Source: Myxococcota bacterium
Lineage (GTDB): Bacteria; Myxococcota_A; UBA796; UBA2385
DNA: 64,000 nucleotides
Assembly: GCA_023150805.1 (NCBI GenBank)
Contig: JAKLKF010000008.1
Span: 17,469-81,468, forward strand
Direction: 5' to 3'
A program made the translations under genes and the position numbers. The notes under the pieces are model-generated. The model had not been told where the DNA came from. It searched no databases and worked only from the letters and a program-made list of their open reading frames with translations. Positions 38,386 through 47,974 of the stretch are shown here, one piece after another; positions within the stretch are counted from its first letter, which is position 1, and every line of letters starts with the position of its first letter.

Positions 38386-38964
38386 TCAGCCGCCGGATCG
38401 GTCGGGTCCCAGCGCCATGCCGACGCCGAGGTCGAGCTGGCCGTAGACCGCGGGGCCGCGGTCGTCGGGGAAGCCGACGGCGGCGGCCTCGGCCCAGGCG
38501 GAGAAGCGGCCCTCGGTCTCGTGCGGCAGCAGGGTGGCGCGCAGGCCCAGGGCGACCTCGCCGCCGCTGCGGTGGCGGATGCCGGGGGCCGAGCCGACGG
38601 TGGACTCCAGCGGGCGCTCGGTCAGCACCTCCCACGGCGTCTCGTGGCTGTGGACGAAGCCCACGCGGGCGTAGGGCACGCCGGGCTCCCAGCGCGCTCC
38701 CAGGCTGATCTGCGTCACCTCGCGCAGGTCGTTGGCCAGCAGCCCGGTGCGGCCGCCCAGGTCGACGGCGAAGTCGCCGACGTGGAACAGCGCCCGCACG
38801 CCGCCGAAGCCGCCGCCGGTGGTGCCGTGCAGGGCGACGTCGGAGGAGGAGGCCGGGCCGACCGCGCCACCCAGGCTCAGGCCCAGGGTGACGGGGTGGT
38901 CGGGCGCGGATCCACCGTCGGCGGCGCGGGCCGGGGTCATCAGGGCGAGCAGCAGCAGGGGCAT
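38386..38964 (-). CDS. Secreted Gly-rich beta-strand protein (possible small outer-membrane beta-barrel)
   Basis: 192-aa ORF with an ATG start and GGAG upstream. Signal MPLLLLALMTPARA. Alternating-pattern strands. Confidence 0.55.
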   Translation of the reverse strand: MPLLLLALMTPARAADGGSAPDHPVTLGLSLGGAVGPASSSDVALHGTTGGGFGGVRALFHVGDFAVDLGGRTGLLANDLREVTQISLGARWEPGVPYARVGFVHSHETPWEVLTERPLESTVGSAPGIRHRSGGEVALGLRATLLPHETEGRFSAWAEAAAVGFPDDRGPAVYGQLDLGVGMALGPDRSGG

Positions 38965-39024
38965 GGCGTCTCCAGCGGCCCCGCTGGCAGATCCTCCGCG
39001 TCCTCGCTTCCCGCAGGGCGGGGC

Positions 39025-39930
39025 TCAGCGCGGGTCGTCGGGCAACAGCCAGGGCGGGTTCTCGGCGAAGGCCTGGACGGCGTGGTCCACGAAGGCGCGC
39101 ACGGCGGCCGAGAGGTGCTTGCGCGTCGGGTAGACCGCGTAGATCCCCGTGTTGTCGTGGGCGATCTGGGGCAGCACGCGCACCAGCCGTCCGTCCGCCA
39201 GCTCGTCGCCGACCAGGAAGCTGGGCACGCGGGCGATGCCCAGGCCGGCCAGCGCCGCGTCGCGGGCGATCTCCAGGTCGTTGACCGCCAGGCGGCCCTT
39301 CACGGCGACCCGGTCGCCGCCCAGCGGCCAGGCCAGCGAGCGGGTCTCGTTGCTGACGACGATGCACTCGTGGCGGGCCAGGTCGGCGGGCGAGGCCGGC
39401 GCGCGGCGGCTGGCCAGGTAGGCGGGGCTGGCCACGAGCACCATGTAGACCGGCCCCAGGCAGCGGGCGACCAGGTCCGCCTCGGTCAGGGTACCGGCGC
39501 GGATCGCCAGGTCGTAGCCCTCGTCGACCAGGTCCACGAAGCGGTTGACCAGGAGCAGCTCGACGTTGACGTCGGGGTGGGCCTGCATGAAGCTGATCAC
39601 CACCGGCGAGAGGTGGCGCTGCCCGAACAGCACGGAGACCGTGATCTTCAGTGTCCCGCTGGGCTTCTCCTGGCGGCTGGTGACCAGGCGCTCGGCGTCC
39701 GCCGCCTCGGCGACCAGGGCCGCGCAGCGGTCGTAGTAGGCCTGCCCGACCGCGGTGGTGCGCACCACGCGGGTCGTGCGGTGCAGCAGCCGCACACCCA
39801 GCCGGTCCTCGAGGCGCGCGACCTTGCGGCTGATCGTGGACTTGGGCAAGCCGAGCGTGCGGGCGGCGCCGACAAAGGAGCCCTCCTCGACCACCTTGAC
39901 GTAGACGACCATCTCGTTCCAGTCGAGCAT
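39025..39930 (-). CDS. LysR family transcriptional regulator
   Basis: 301-aa ORF. N-terminal HTH MVVYVKVVEEGSFVGAARTLGLPKSTISRKVARLEDRLGVRLLHRTTR plus a LysR substrate-binding domain. Confidence 0.92.
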   Translation of the reverse strand: MLDWNEMVVYVKVVEEGSFVGAARTLGLPKSTISRKVARLEDRLGVRLLHRTTRVVRTTAVGQAYYDRCAALVAEAADAERLVTSRQEKPSGTLKITVSVLFGQRHLSPVVISFMQAHPDVNVELLLVNRFVDLVDEGYDLAIRAGTLTEADLVARCLGPVYMVLVASPAYLASRRAPASPADLARHECIVVSNETRSLAWPLGGDRVAVKGRLAVNDLEIARDAALAGLGIARVPSFLVGDELADGRLVRVLPQIAHDNTGIYAVYPTRKHLSAAVRAFVDHAVQAFAENPPWLLPDDPR

Positions 39931-39986
39931 CGGGACCTCGGGCAGGGACCTGTCCCGCCATCATTAGTCCAGGACCGCGTCCACCG

Positions 39987-40484
39987 TCACCCGATCTCGA
40001 CGCGGACCCCCGCCTCGGCGCTCGCCAGCAGCGTGTCGTCGCCCTCGCCCAGGACCTCGACCACGACGCGGTGCAGCCCCTCGACGGCGTCCAGGACCAG
40101 GTCGAGGGCGTAGCGGCCCTCATTGTCGCACCGGAGCTGGCCCAGGCGCAGGTGGCCCTCCGCGGCCGGGGAGAGGACGGTGCAGCCGGCCCGGGTGTGG
40201 ACCTCGACCCGCAGGCGGGCGGCCGGGGGCAGGTCGGCGGGCAGGAGCACCGGCAGCCGGTCGCCGGGGCGCCAGGGGCCGGCGTCCAGGTGCAGGGCGC
40301 CCAGCGAGATCGCGCCGCGGTGGGCGGCCAGCCAGGGGCCGGTGGAGGCGGGCGCGGCCAGCGCGCGGCGGGCCTGGGCCTGGCGCGCGGCCAGGCCGGG
40401 GCGGGCGGCGGCGCGGCGCAGCGCGAGGGCGTCGCCGGGCTCCAGGGCGAGGGCGGCGTCGGCGTAGGGCAGGCGGGTCCGCAT
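39987..40484 (-). CDS. Small RskA/DUF4384-like protein, third family member (165 aa)
   Basis: Internal ATG (40484) of track ORF 39987..42272, with GAGGAG upstream. ALALEPGDALALRRAAARPGLAARQAQA and WRPGDRLPVLLPADLPPAARLRVEV resemble the genes at 23738 and 24443. It lies directly downstream of family X copy 2. Confidence 0.55.
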   Translation of the reverse strand: MRTRLPYADAALALEPGDALALRRAAARPGLAARQAQARRALAAPASTGPWLAAHRGAISLGALHLDAGPWRPGDRLPVLLPADLPPAARLRVEVHTRAGCTVLSPAAEGHLRLGQLRCDNEGRYALDLVLDAVEGLHRVVVEVLGEGDDTLLASAEAGVRVEIG

Positions 40485-40537
40485 GAGGGGCTCCTCGGTG
40501 GCGGGGGAGCCCCTGGCAGGGGCGGGCGGTCCTCGCT

Positions 40538-42235
40538 TCACGCGTCGGCCTCCTCGTCCCGGGCACCGCTGGCCGGCGGCGAGGGGGCCCCGGCGGCGAA
40601 GTCGGCCAGGCGCTCGACGAAGGCGTCGACGTGCTTGCGCGGCAGGGGGATCGCGCTGTGGTCCCAGTCGGGCAGCAGGGCGGCGTGCAGCAGGGCCTTG
40701 CGCTGGCGGCCCGGGGGCACCAGGGAGACCCGCGCGCAGACCGCCCGCAGGGCCTCGGTGTGGTCGTCCAGGCCCCCGTCCGCCAGGTGCTCGCGCAGGC
40801 GGGTGTAGCCCCGGCTGCGCAGGGCCAGGGTGCCCGGATCGGCCAGGTGGTCGGGGGCCTCGGCCAGGTAGCGGTAGAAGCGCGCCGACAGGCCGCGGCC
40901 GCCGCCGGTGAGCCAGGCCTCCAGGTCGGGCCAGCAGCCGCGCCCCAGCAGGTTGAGCAGCAGGGTCGTCACGGCCGGCGCCGCGGTGTCGGGCAAGGGC
41001 GGCAGGGGCGGCGCGGCGGGCTCGGGCAGCTCGCAGGCCGGCGGCCGCATGCGGTCGGGGTCGAAGCCGAAGCCGACGCGGGCCTCGCGCCAGGCCCAGT
41101 CCCAGGCGTAGCGGGCCAGGGCGGCGGCGGTGCGGGCGCGCAGGCCGGGCAGGGCCAGGACGGCGTCGCGCAGGCGCTCGGGCTCGGCGCGGGCGACCAC
41201 GCGCAGGCGGCCGCGGATGCGGGACCGGTTGGCACGCACGACGGCCCAGCCGGGCAGCCCCAGCTCGTGCTCGACCGCGCGGCCCTCGCAGAGCGAGGCC
41301 GACACCCGCAGGGCGACGACCAGCTCGACGCCCTCGGCCAGCAGGTCGGGGGACAGCCGCGCCGGGTCGGGATCGCCGTCGCCCAGCAGCAGGCGCCAGG
41401 CCTCGGTCCAGGCGCTGCGCCCGCGGACGCAGGCCGCGACCTGCTCCCAGCCCGCCGGCCCCAGCGCCCCGGCCAGCGCGGCGACCGGCTCGCCCCGCGT
41501 CTCCACCAGGCGGGCCGCCAGGTCGACGTGGGCGCCCCAGGACAGCGTCTCCAGCGCCTCCAGCGCCTGCTCGGCCCGCAGGTCGGCCACCGAGGGGGGC
41601 AGGCCCAGCGACAGGGCCACGCCGCGGAAGGACCGCCGCACCTCGGGGCCGAAGGCCTTGCGCACGCGGTCGGCCACGCCGGGATCGAAGCCGCGGTCGA
41701 ACATCGCCGCCCACAGTCGGCCCGTCGCCTCGTCCCGCGGGTCCGCCGGGAAGGAGGCGGCCGACCAGGCCCGCCGCTCGCGCAGGGCCACCTCCTCGCC
41801 GAGCCGGGCCAGCAGGTACAGCCCCGCGGCGTCCAGGGCCGGCCCCGGCACCGGCTCGGCGGCCGGGTCGGCGGCGGCGCGGCGGGCGGCCTCCAGCGCC
41901 AGTCGGTCCCACTCCGCCTCGGGCAGGGGGGCCGGGGGCGGGTCCGGCGGGTCGCCGAAGGCCCACAGGGCCAGCGCCCGGGTCTGCGAGCTGTCGGCCA
42001 CCCGCAGGCCCTCGACCACCGCGGTCACCACCCCGGGGCGGCGGGCCCAGGTCCAGCTCTCCAGCAGGCTGTCGGCCGCCTTGGGGCGGCGGATCGCCCG
42101 GCGCGCCAGGCCGGCCCGCAGGTCGCGCAGGGTCAGCCAGCGGGCCAGGTCCAGGTCGGGGACCGAGGGGCCCGGAGAGGACGGGTCGCCGTCCGGCGGG
42201 TCGGCAGGAGGGGGCGGGCGAGGGGTCGCGGTCAC
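40538..42235 (-). CDS. Hypothetical protein, family X copy 2 (about 565 aa); paralog of 22054..23682
   Basis: C-terminal part of track ORF 40538..43450; further upstream that ORF is antisense to real plus-strand genes. The proposed GTG start at 42235 is uncertain. Collinear similarity to 22054..23682. Confidence 0.6.
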   Translation of the reverse strand: MTATPRPPPPADPPDGDPSSPGPSVPDLDLARWLTLRDLRAGLARRAIRRPKAADSLLESWTWARRPGVVTAVVEGLRVADSSQTRALALWAFGDPPDPPPAPLPEAEWDRLALEAARRAAADPAAEPVPGPALDAAGLYLLARLGEEVALRERRAWSAASFPADPRDEATGRLWAAMFDRGFDPGVADRVRKAFGPEVRRSFRGVALSLGLPPSVADLRAEQALEALETLSWGAHVDLAARLVETRGEPVAALAGALGPAGWEQVAACVRGRSAWTEAWRLLLGDGDPDPARLSPDLLAEGVELVVALRVSASLCEGRAVEHELGLPGWAVVRANRSRIRGRLRVVARAEPERLRDAVLALPGLRARTAAALARYAWDWAWREARVGFGFDPDRMRPPACELPEPAAPPLPPLPDTAAPAVTTLLLNLLGRGCWPDLEAWLTGGGRGLSARFYRYLAEAPDHLADPGTLALRSRGYTRLREHLADGGLDDHTEALRAVCARVSLVPPGRQRKALLHAALLPDWDHSAIPLPRKHVDAFVERLADFAAGAPSPPASGARDEEADA

Positions 42236-42292
42236 GCCGCGAGCGTAGCAACGGCCCGCCGCGATAGGCCACCCGCTCGCACCGGAGGTCCC

Positions 42293-43033
42293 GTGCCCGA
42301 GATCCCCTCGCACTTCGACCACTACATGACCCAGATGGCCGACTGGCCGGCCTCCTTCTTCCTCGACCTGGGCCTGGCCGCGCACGCGCCGCTGCCGCGC
42401 CTGACCCGGCGCCTGCACGTCACCGCCTCGCTCAAGCGGCCGCGCGCCGACGGCCTGCGCGACCGGCTGGAGGCCAACGAGCTGCACGCGATGGAGGACG
42501 AGGTCACGCGCCAGGTCGAGCGCCTGGGGGGCCGCTACGTCGGCCGCATCACCTGGCAGGGGCGCAGCGACGCGATCTTCTACCTGCCCGGCGACGTCGA
42601 CGACCTCTCGGCGGTGGAGGAGGCGACGGGCGACTACGACGCCACGCTGCGGCTGGAGGAGGACCCCGAGTGGCGCTTCTTCCGCGAGTTCCTCATGCCC
42701 TCGCCCTACCAGCACCAGACCATGCTGAACCGGCGGGTGCTGGCGGTGCTCTCGCAGCAGGGCGACGACCTGGACTGTCCGCGGCGGGTCGATCACACCT
42801 TCCTGTGTCACACCCCGACCCCGCTGCACCAGCTCAGCGGCGCCCTGGCCGAGCGGGGCTTCTCCTGCGAGACGCTGGGGCGCTCGGAGAACGGGGAGCA
42901 CGTGCTGCACTGCTGGCGGGAGGAGGCGCCCGCCTTCCCGCGCATGGACGAGGTCGTGGCCGAGATCTTCCAGATCATGCCGTCGGTGGTGTCCTATGAC
43001 GGCTGGGGCTGCGGCCTGGTCCCGCGGGCCTGA
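42293..43033 (+). CDS. DUF695 + RraB (ribonuclease E inhibitor-like) two-domain protein
   Basis: GTG with CGGAGG upstream (internal to track ORF 40631..43033). DUF695-like GRYVGRITWQGRSDAIFYLPGD. RraB-like C-terminus ending SYDGWGCGLV (compare E. coli RraB EYDGWGT). Confidence 0.7.
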   Translation: MPEIPSHFDHYMTQMADWPASFFLDLGLAAHAPLPRLTRRLHVTASLKRPRADGLRDRLEANELHAMEDEVTRQVERLGGRYVGRITWQGRSDAIFYLPGDVDDLSAVEEATGDYDATLRLEEDPEWRFFREFLMPSPYQHQTMLNRRVLAVLSQQGDDLDCPRRVDHTFLCHTPTPLHQLSGALAERGFSCETLGRSENGEHVLHCWREEAPAFPRMDEVVAEIFQIMPSVVSYDGWGCGLVPRA

Positions 43034-43061
43034 CGCCGCGGTGCCGACGCTATCCTGTGTC

Positions 43062-43934
43062 GTGACCGAGGCGGTCGCGCCCGAGCGGCTGGACCGCGTC
43101 GCCCTGGCGCTGTTCGGGGTGCTGGCCAGCCCCTCGCAGGTGCGCAAGCTGGCCCGCAAGGGGAGCGTCCGCCTCGACGGCGAGGTGGTGGGCCCCATGA
43201 CGACGGCCCGGCCGGGCCAGGTGCTGGCGATCACGCTGCCCGAGCCTCGCCCGGTGGCCCCGGTCGCGGTCGAGGTGCCGATCGTCCACCTCGACGACTG
43301 GCTGGCGGTGGTGGACAAGCCCGCCGGCCTGGTCACCAGCGGCTGGCAACGACGGACCCTGGCGCACGCCCTGGTGTCGCTGCTGCCGCCCTCGCCCCTG
43401 CCCGACGCCCTGGTGCAGCCCCACCCGGTCCACCGCCTGGACGCGCGCACCCGCGGCCTGGTCCTGGTCGCCCGCAGCTTCGGCGCCGACGCCGCGCTCT
43501 CGGTGGCCTTCGCCGAGCGCCGGGTGCGGAAGCGCTACCTGGCCCTGCTGCGCGGGGCGCTGCCGGGCGAGGGGGTGGTCGAGCGGGAGGTGGAGGGCCA
43601 GCCCGCCCGCAGCCGGTGGCGCTCGCTGCGCGTGGATCCGGCGCCCTTGACCGGCCACGTGACGACGGTCGAGCTGTGGCCCGAGACCGGGCGCAAGCAC
43701 CAGCTCCGGCGGCACATGGCCGCGCTGGGACACCCGGTCCTGGGGGACGGTCGCTACACCGAGGAGGGGCCGGTCCTGCGCAGCCAGGGCCTGATGCTGG
43801 CGGCGGTGGGCCTGGCCTTCCCGCACCCTGGCACCGGCCAGGTCGTGACCGTGGAGCTCGAGGAGCCCGAGAAGTTCCGGACCTTCCGCGAGCGGGCGAT
43901 CCGGCGGGCGAGCCGGGGGGGCGCGGGAAGCTGA
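43062..43934 (+). CDS. RluA-family pseudouridine synthase
   Basis: S4-like N-terminus (ERLDRVALALFG...VRKLARKGSVRLDGEVV). Catalytic motif HRLDARTRGLVLVA. KHQLRRHMAALGHPVLGD. Start uncertain: GTG 43062 (TATCCT-N5 upstream) or ATG 42996. Confidence 0.85.
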   Translation: MTEAVAPERLDRVALALFGVLASPSQVRKLARKGSVRLDGEVVGPMTTARPGQVLAITLPEPRPVAPVAVEVPIVHLDDWLAVVDKPAGLVTSGWQRRTLAHALVSLLPPSPLPDALVQPHPVHRLDARTRGLVLVARSFGADAALSVAFAERRVRKRYLALLRGALPGEGVVEREVEGQPARSRWRSLRVDPAPLTGHVTTVELWPETGRKHQLRRHMAALGHPVLGDGRYTEEGPVLRSQGLMLAAVGLAFPHPGTGQVVTVELEEPEKFRTFRERAIRRASRGGAGS

Positions 43935-44011
43935 GACGCCGGCCGGCCGAGGAGCACCCGGCCCGCGGCGCGCGGCGGGCTGGGTGCTCCACGGCCGGCT
44001 ACGTGGGGACC

Positions 44012-44974
44012 ATGCCCTCGCTCTTCGGCCTCACGGCCGCCTTCGGGGCCCCCCTCCCCGAGCTGATCTCCGAGCTGCTGCGCTTCCAGGCCGCCGATCC
44101 CGAGCCCTACCACGAGGGCTTCGAGCTGGCCGAGGTGGACGCGCGGAGCCTGCTGCCCGACCCCCTGCCCCGGGACGGCCGCCGCCTGCTGCCGTTTGGC
44201 GTCAACGGCCTGGGCGGCACCTTCGCGCTGTGGGCCGGGCCCGACCAGCCCCTCGAGCAGGCGCCGGTGGTCTACCTCGACCCCGAGGGCCACGAGGACA
44301 TGGTCGTCACCCGCAACCTGCGCGACTTCCTGGCCTGGCTGGCGCTGGACCAGGAGGATCCCGTCCGCCTGCTGGACCCCGACGACCACGAGGCGCTCCT
44401 GCTCGAGAACGGCTGGTCGCACTCTCCGCGCTGGCCGGACCTGGTCAAGTGGCTGCGCGAGCGCTTCGACCTGCGGCCGCCCAAGGACCCGATCCGGGCC
44501 CAGGAGCGAGCCGAGGATGCCTGCCCCGGGTTCCGCGCCTGGATGGGGCACGACGACGAAGACCCGGTCCCGGTGCCCTCGACCGCCCCGCCGGCGCTGC
44601 GCGAGGCGGTGGCCGTGGGAGACGTGGGCGCCGTGGCGCGGCACCTGGACAAGGGCGTGGACCCTCGCCAGCCGGAGGTGCGGGACGCCATCGAGCGGGC
44701 GATCCGCCTGGGCCGGGACGACGTGCTGGCCGTGCTGCTGTCCAAGGGCCTCGATCCCGAGCTGCGCCTGTCGTACGACAACACCTTGCTGTTGTACGCC
44801 GCGCTGTACGGACGGAGGGGTTGCGTGCGGCGGCTGCTGGAGGCCGGCGCCGACCCGGACGCGACCAACGAGCTGGGCGAGACCGCCGACCTGCTCGCCC
44901 AGGACAACCCGCCGGACGTGGCGGCGGCGGTCCAGGCCCTGCTGGACCAGGCGCGGGCGGGGCGGACGGGCTGA
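44012..44974 (+). CDS. SMI1/KNR4 (SUKH)-like domain protein fused to ankyrin repeats
   Basis: Internal ATG of track ORF 43616..44974. SUKH-like LLPFGVNGLGGTFALW...PVVYLDPEGHEDMVVTRNLRDFLAWL. ANK repeats (GAVARHLDKGVDP, LLLYAALYGRRGCVRRLLEAGADPDATNELGETA). Confidence 0.65.
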   Translation: MPSLFGLTAAFGAPLPELISELLRFQAADPEPYHEGFELAEVDARSLLPDPLPRDGRRLLPFGVNGLGGTFALWAGPDQPLEQAPVVYLDPEGHEDMVVTRNLRDFLAWLALDQEDPVRLLDPDDHEALLLENGWSHSPRWPDLVKWLRERFDLRPPKDPIRAQERAEDACPGFRAWMGHDDEDPVPVPSTAPPALREAVAVGDVGAVARHLDKGVDPRQPEVRDAIERAIRLGRDDVLAVLLSKGLDPELRLSYDNTLLLYAALYGRRGCVRRLLEAGADPDATNELGETADLLAQDNPPDVAAAVQALLDQARAGRTG

Positions 44975-45042
44975 GCCTCCTCTTTCCGTTCCGCCGGCGT
45001 CGCGGGTCTGACTGTGCGGACCTGGAACGCAAGGAGCACCCC

Positions 45043-45993
45043 ATGGACCATCGCCCCGCCTCCTCTCCCCACCTCTCTGCCCTCCTGCCCCTCGCCATCG
45101 CGCTCTCCGCCTGCTCGGCCTCGACCGATGACCTGACCGGGGTGCTGCCCGACGACCGGGTGCTCGTGAACCTGGACACCTCGGGCGCCCAGGCCTTCGC
45201 CGCGCGGGCCGAGCTGGGCGAGTGGTCGGAGTTCTACCTGCAGACCGCGGAGACGACCGACAACGTCAACGGGCTCATCGGCAACGTGCTGACGCTGGTC
45301 GACACGCTGGTGCACCTGGAGCCCACCTCCGTCAACCGCCGGCAGCACACGGCGACCTGGGGCCCCTACAGCGACACGCTGGACCCGGTCGAGACCCGGC
45401 TGACGGTGGCCTACGACGCCGAGACCGACGTGCACACCTGGTGGTTCGACCAGTGGCCCAAGGGCGGGGACGGGAGCGACCCCACGGTGGTCGTCGCGGG
45501 CGAGGTGGACGCGGGCGCGACGCGCGAGGACAACACCGGGCGCTTCGTGGTCGACTTCACCGCCATCGCCGCGCTGGACCCGACCGCCGACGCGTCGGGC
45601 ACCTTCGTGAGCGAGTACGACATCGACCCTGACGGCGTGGCCGCCGCGGCCGTCTTCCAGGACTGGGTGGACCTGGACCACCCCGCCGACCCCGTCGACG
45701 CCGCCTACGTCTACGAGCAGACCGACGCGGGCGACGGGTCGATGGACCTGGCCTGGCAGGCCGACTACCTGGAGGACGGCACGCTGGACGTCTACGTGCT
45801 GCGCAGCCGGTGGCTGGCCACGGGCGCCGGCCGCGGGGACGCCGTGCTGGCCGAGGGCGGCGAGGAGCTGCTGGGCGCCGCCAGCGAGTGCTGGGACGAG
45901 GGCTTCGACCTGGTCTATCGGGCCAGCTCCTGGGAGGGTGAGCAGGGCGAGGTCGGCGCCTGCGCCTTCTCCGAGGCGGCCTGGCCGGAGTAG
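45043..45993 (+). CDS. Lipoprotein, family L copy 2 (paralog of 34602..35489)
   Basis: Internal ATG with AAGGAG 6 nt upstream. Lipobox AIALSAC. Shared motifs with 34602..35489 (TWGPY/VWGPF, SRWLATGAGRGDAVLAEGG, GACAF). Confidence 0.75.
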   Translation: MDHRPASSPHLSALLPLAIALSACSASTDDLTGVLPDDRVLVNLDTSGAQAFAARAELGEWSEFYLQTAETTDNVNGLIGNVLTLVDTLVHLEPTSVNRRQHTATWGPYSDTLDPVETRLTVAYDAETDVHTWWFDQWPKGGDGSDPTVVVAGEVDAGATREDNTGRFVVDFTAIAALDPTADASGTFVSEYDIDPDGVAAAAVFQDWVDLDHPADPVDAAYVYEQTDAGDGSMDLAWQADYLEDGTLDVYVLRSRWLATGAGRGDAVLAEGGEELLGAASECWDEGFDLVYRASSWEGEQGEVGACAFSEAAWPE

Positions 45994-46019
45994 CCCCCGC
46001 TCCGCCGCGGGCGGGTAGG

Positions 46020-47858
46020 ATGCCGGCCATGCACCTGCTCCTGCCCGCCCTGCTGCTGTCCTGCTCGGACTATGGCTTCAACCCCGGCAAGCCCGACAAC
46101 CTGGACGACACGGGCGCGCCCGACGGACCGGTGGACGACTGCGCGGACATGGTCGATCCGGGCACCTACCGGGTGACGGTGGACGAGCGCTGCCTGAACG
46201 AGCCGGGGGTCGGCAGCTTCTCGCCCGTGGTCGAGTGGCAGTGGCAGGAGAACCCGGTGCACCCGGGCTACGACGACATCATGGCGACCCCCGTCATCGC
46301 CAACCTGTCCGACGACGACGGCGACGGGGACGTGGACCAGGACGACGTCCCGGACATCTGCTTCACCTCCTTCGCCAGCGGGGCCTACACCTCGCCGGGC
46401 GCGCTCACCTGCATCTCCGGTGACGGCAGCGGGACCCTCTGGTCGATCACCTCCGCCGGAGGACACGGGGTCTACGGCTCGGGCGGGGTGGCCATCGGCG
46501 ACCTGGAGGGCGACGGCTCGCCCGACGTCTGCGTCGCCAGCACCAGCAACGCCGTGCTGTGCCTGGAGCGGGACGGCAGCTTCAAGTGGGCCGGCGGGGT
46601 CGAGGTCAGCTACGTCGGCTGCCCGGCCATCGCCGACCTGGACGGCGACGGCCGGGCCGAGGTGCTCTACGGCCGGGAGATCCTCTCCTCGCGGGGGGAG
46701 CTGCGGGCGACCGGGGCCGCCGGCAGCGGCTACAAGATGTCCTTTGCCGCCGACATGGACGGCGACGGCGACCAGGAGGTCGTCGCGGGGAACACGGTCT
46801 ACCACCACGACGGCAGCGTGCTGTGGCAGGCGGCGACCAGCGACACGATGGGCGCGGTGGGCGACTTCGACCTGGACGGGCGGCCCGAGGTCGTGCTGGG
46901 GGGTGGCGGGCTGGTGACCCTGGTGGGCAACGACGGGGTCGTGCGCTGGTCGGTCTCGGTCCATGGCGGCGGCAACGGGGGCCCGCCGACCATCGCCGAC
47001 TTCGACGGCGACGGCCTGCCCGAGGTGGGGGTGGCCGGCGCCAGCTACTACACGGTCTACGACACCGACGGCGCCGTGCTGTGGGCCCAGCCGGTCAGCG
47101 ACTACAGCAGCAACGTGACCGGCTCGTCGGTCTTCGACTTCGAGGGCGACGGCGCGGCCGAGGTGGTCTACGCCGACGAGCACACGCTGTGGGTCTACGA
47201 CGGGGCGACGGGCGCCATCGAGCTGTCCGAGGCCGGGCACGCCTCGGGCACGCTCTACGAGTACCCGCTGGTGGCCGACGTGGATCACGACGGCAGCACC
47301 GAGATCATCCTGGCCAGCAACGACTACGGCATCGACGGCTGGAACGGCATCACGGTCATCGGGGACGCCTCCTCGACCTGGGCGCCGGCCCGGCCCGTGT
47401 GGAACCAGTTCGCCTACCAGATCACCAACGTGGACAACGACGGCGGCATCCCGGCGGCGCCGGAGGAGAACTGGTTGACGTGGAACAGCTTCCGGGCGGG
47501 CGGCACCGAGCTGGGCCCCTCGCACTGGCTGGCGGACCTGCGGCCGGCCGAGCCCAGCCGCTGCCTGGACCTGTGCGCGGCGGACCTGGTGGTGCTGTAC
47601 GTGCCCGTCGAGAACGGCGGCCTGCTGGGGACCCGCGACTTCCAGGTCTCGCTGGTGACCGCCGAGGGCGAGGTGGCCTGGTCGGAGTCGGTGGAGGGCC
47701 TGGAGGCGGGCGCGGGCACCTGGCTGGGGCCGATCGAGATCGGGGAGCGCGCCTGGGGCCGGGGCGAGCTGTCCCTGGTGGTCGACGACCTCGACGGGGT
47801 CGACGAGTGCGACGAGCGGGACAACGCGCGGGAGCTGGGGACCTGGCCCTGCGAGTGA
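46020..47858 (+). CDS. FG-GAP/VCBS repeat (integrin-alpha-like beta-propeller) lipoprotein
   Basis: Lipobox LLLSCSD. Repeated DxDGDGxxE motifs (IGDLEGDGSPDV, IADLDGDGRAEV, AADMDGDGDQEV, VGDFDLDGRPEV, IADFDGDGLPEV, VFDFEGDGAAEV, VADVDHDGSTEI). Start is either ATG 46020 or ATG 46029; the latter lies 7 nt downstream of TAGGAT. Confidence 0.85.
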   Translation: MPAMHLLLPALLLSCSDYGFNPGKPDNLDDTGAPDGPVDDCADMVDPGTYRVTVDERCLNEPGVGSFSPVVEWQWQENPVHPGYDDIMATPVIANLSDDDGDGDVDQDDVPDICFTSFASGAYTSPGALTCISGDGSGTLWSITSAGGHGVYGSGGVAIGDLEGDGSPDVCVASTSNAVLCLERDGSFKWAGGVEVSYVGCPAIADLDGDGRAEVLYGREILSSRGELRATGAAGSGYKMSFAADMDGDGDQEVVAGNTVYHHDGSVLWQAATSDTMGAVGDFDLDGRPEVVLGGGGLVTLVGNDGVVRWSVSVHGGGNGGPPTIADFDGDGLPEVGVAGASYYTVYDTDGAVLWAQPVSDYSSNVTGSSVFDFEGDGAAEVVYADEHTLWVYDGATGAIELSEAGHASGTLYEYPLVADVDHDGSTEIILASNDYGIDGWNGITVIGDASSTWAPARPVWNQFAYQITNVDNDGGIPAAPEENWLTWNSFRAGGTELGPSHWLADLRPAEPSRCLDLCAADLVVLYVPVENGGLLGTRDFQVSLVTAEGEVAWSESVEGLEAGAGTWLGPIEIGERAWGRGELSLVVDDLDGVDECDERDNARELGTWPCE

Positions 47859-47974
47859 GGGCCGGGCCGCGCGGGCGAGGGTGTGGAACGCGGCGGGCCG
47901 GTGCGGCGGAGACGCGTGGGGCTGTTTGGACGATTGTCGGCCGGGAACCGCTGCTGTTTGCGGTTCGATCCGTG

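Noticed and set aside
42236-43450. Upstream extension of the 970-aa minus ORF 40538-43450
   Set aside because: The extension is antisense to the DUF695-RraB and RluA genes and has no similarity to the X1 paralog. Only the region downstream of about 42235 aligns with X1.
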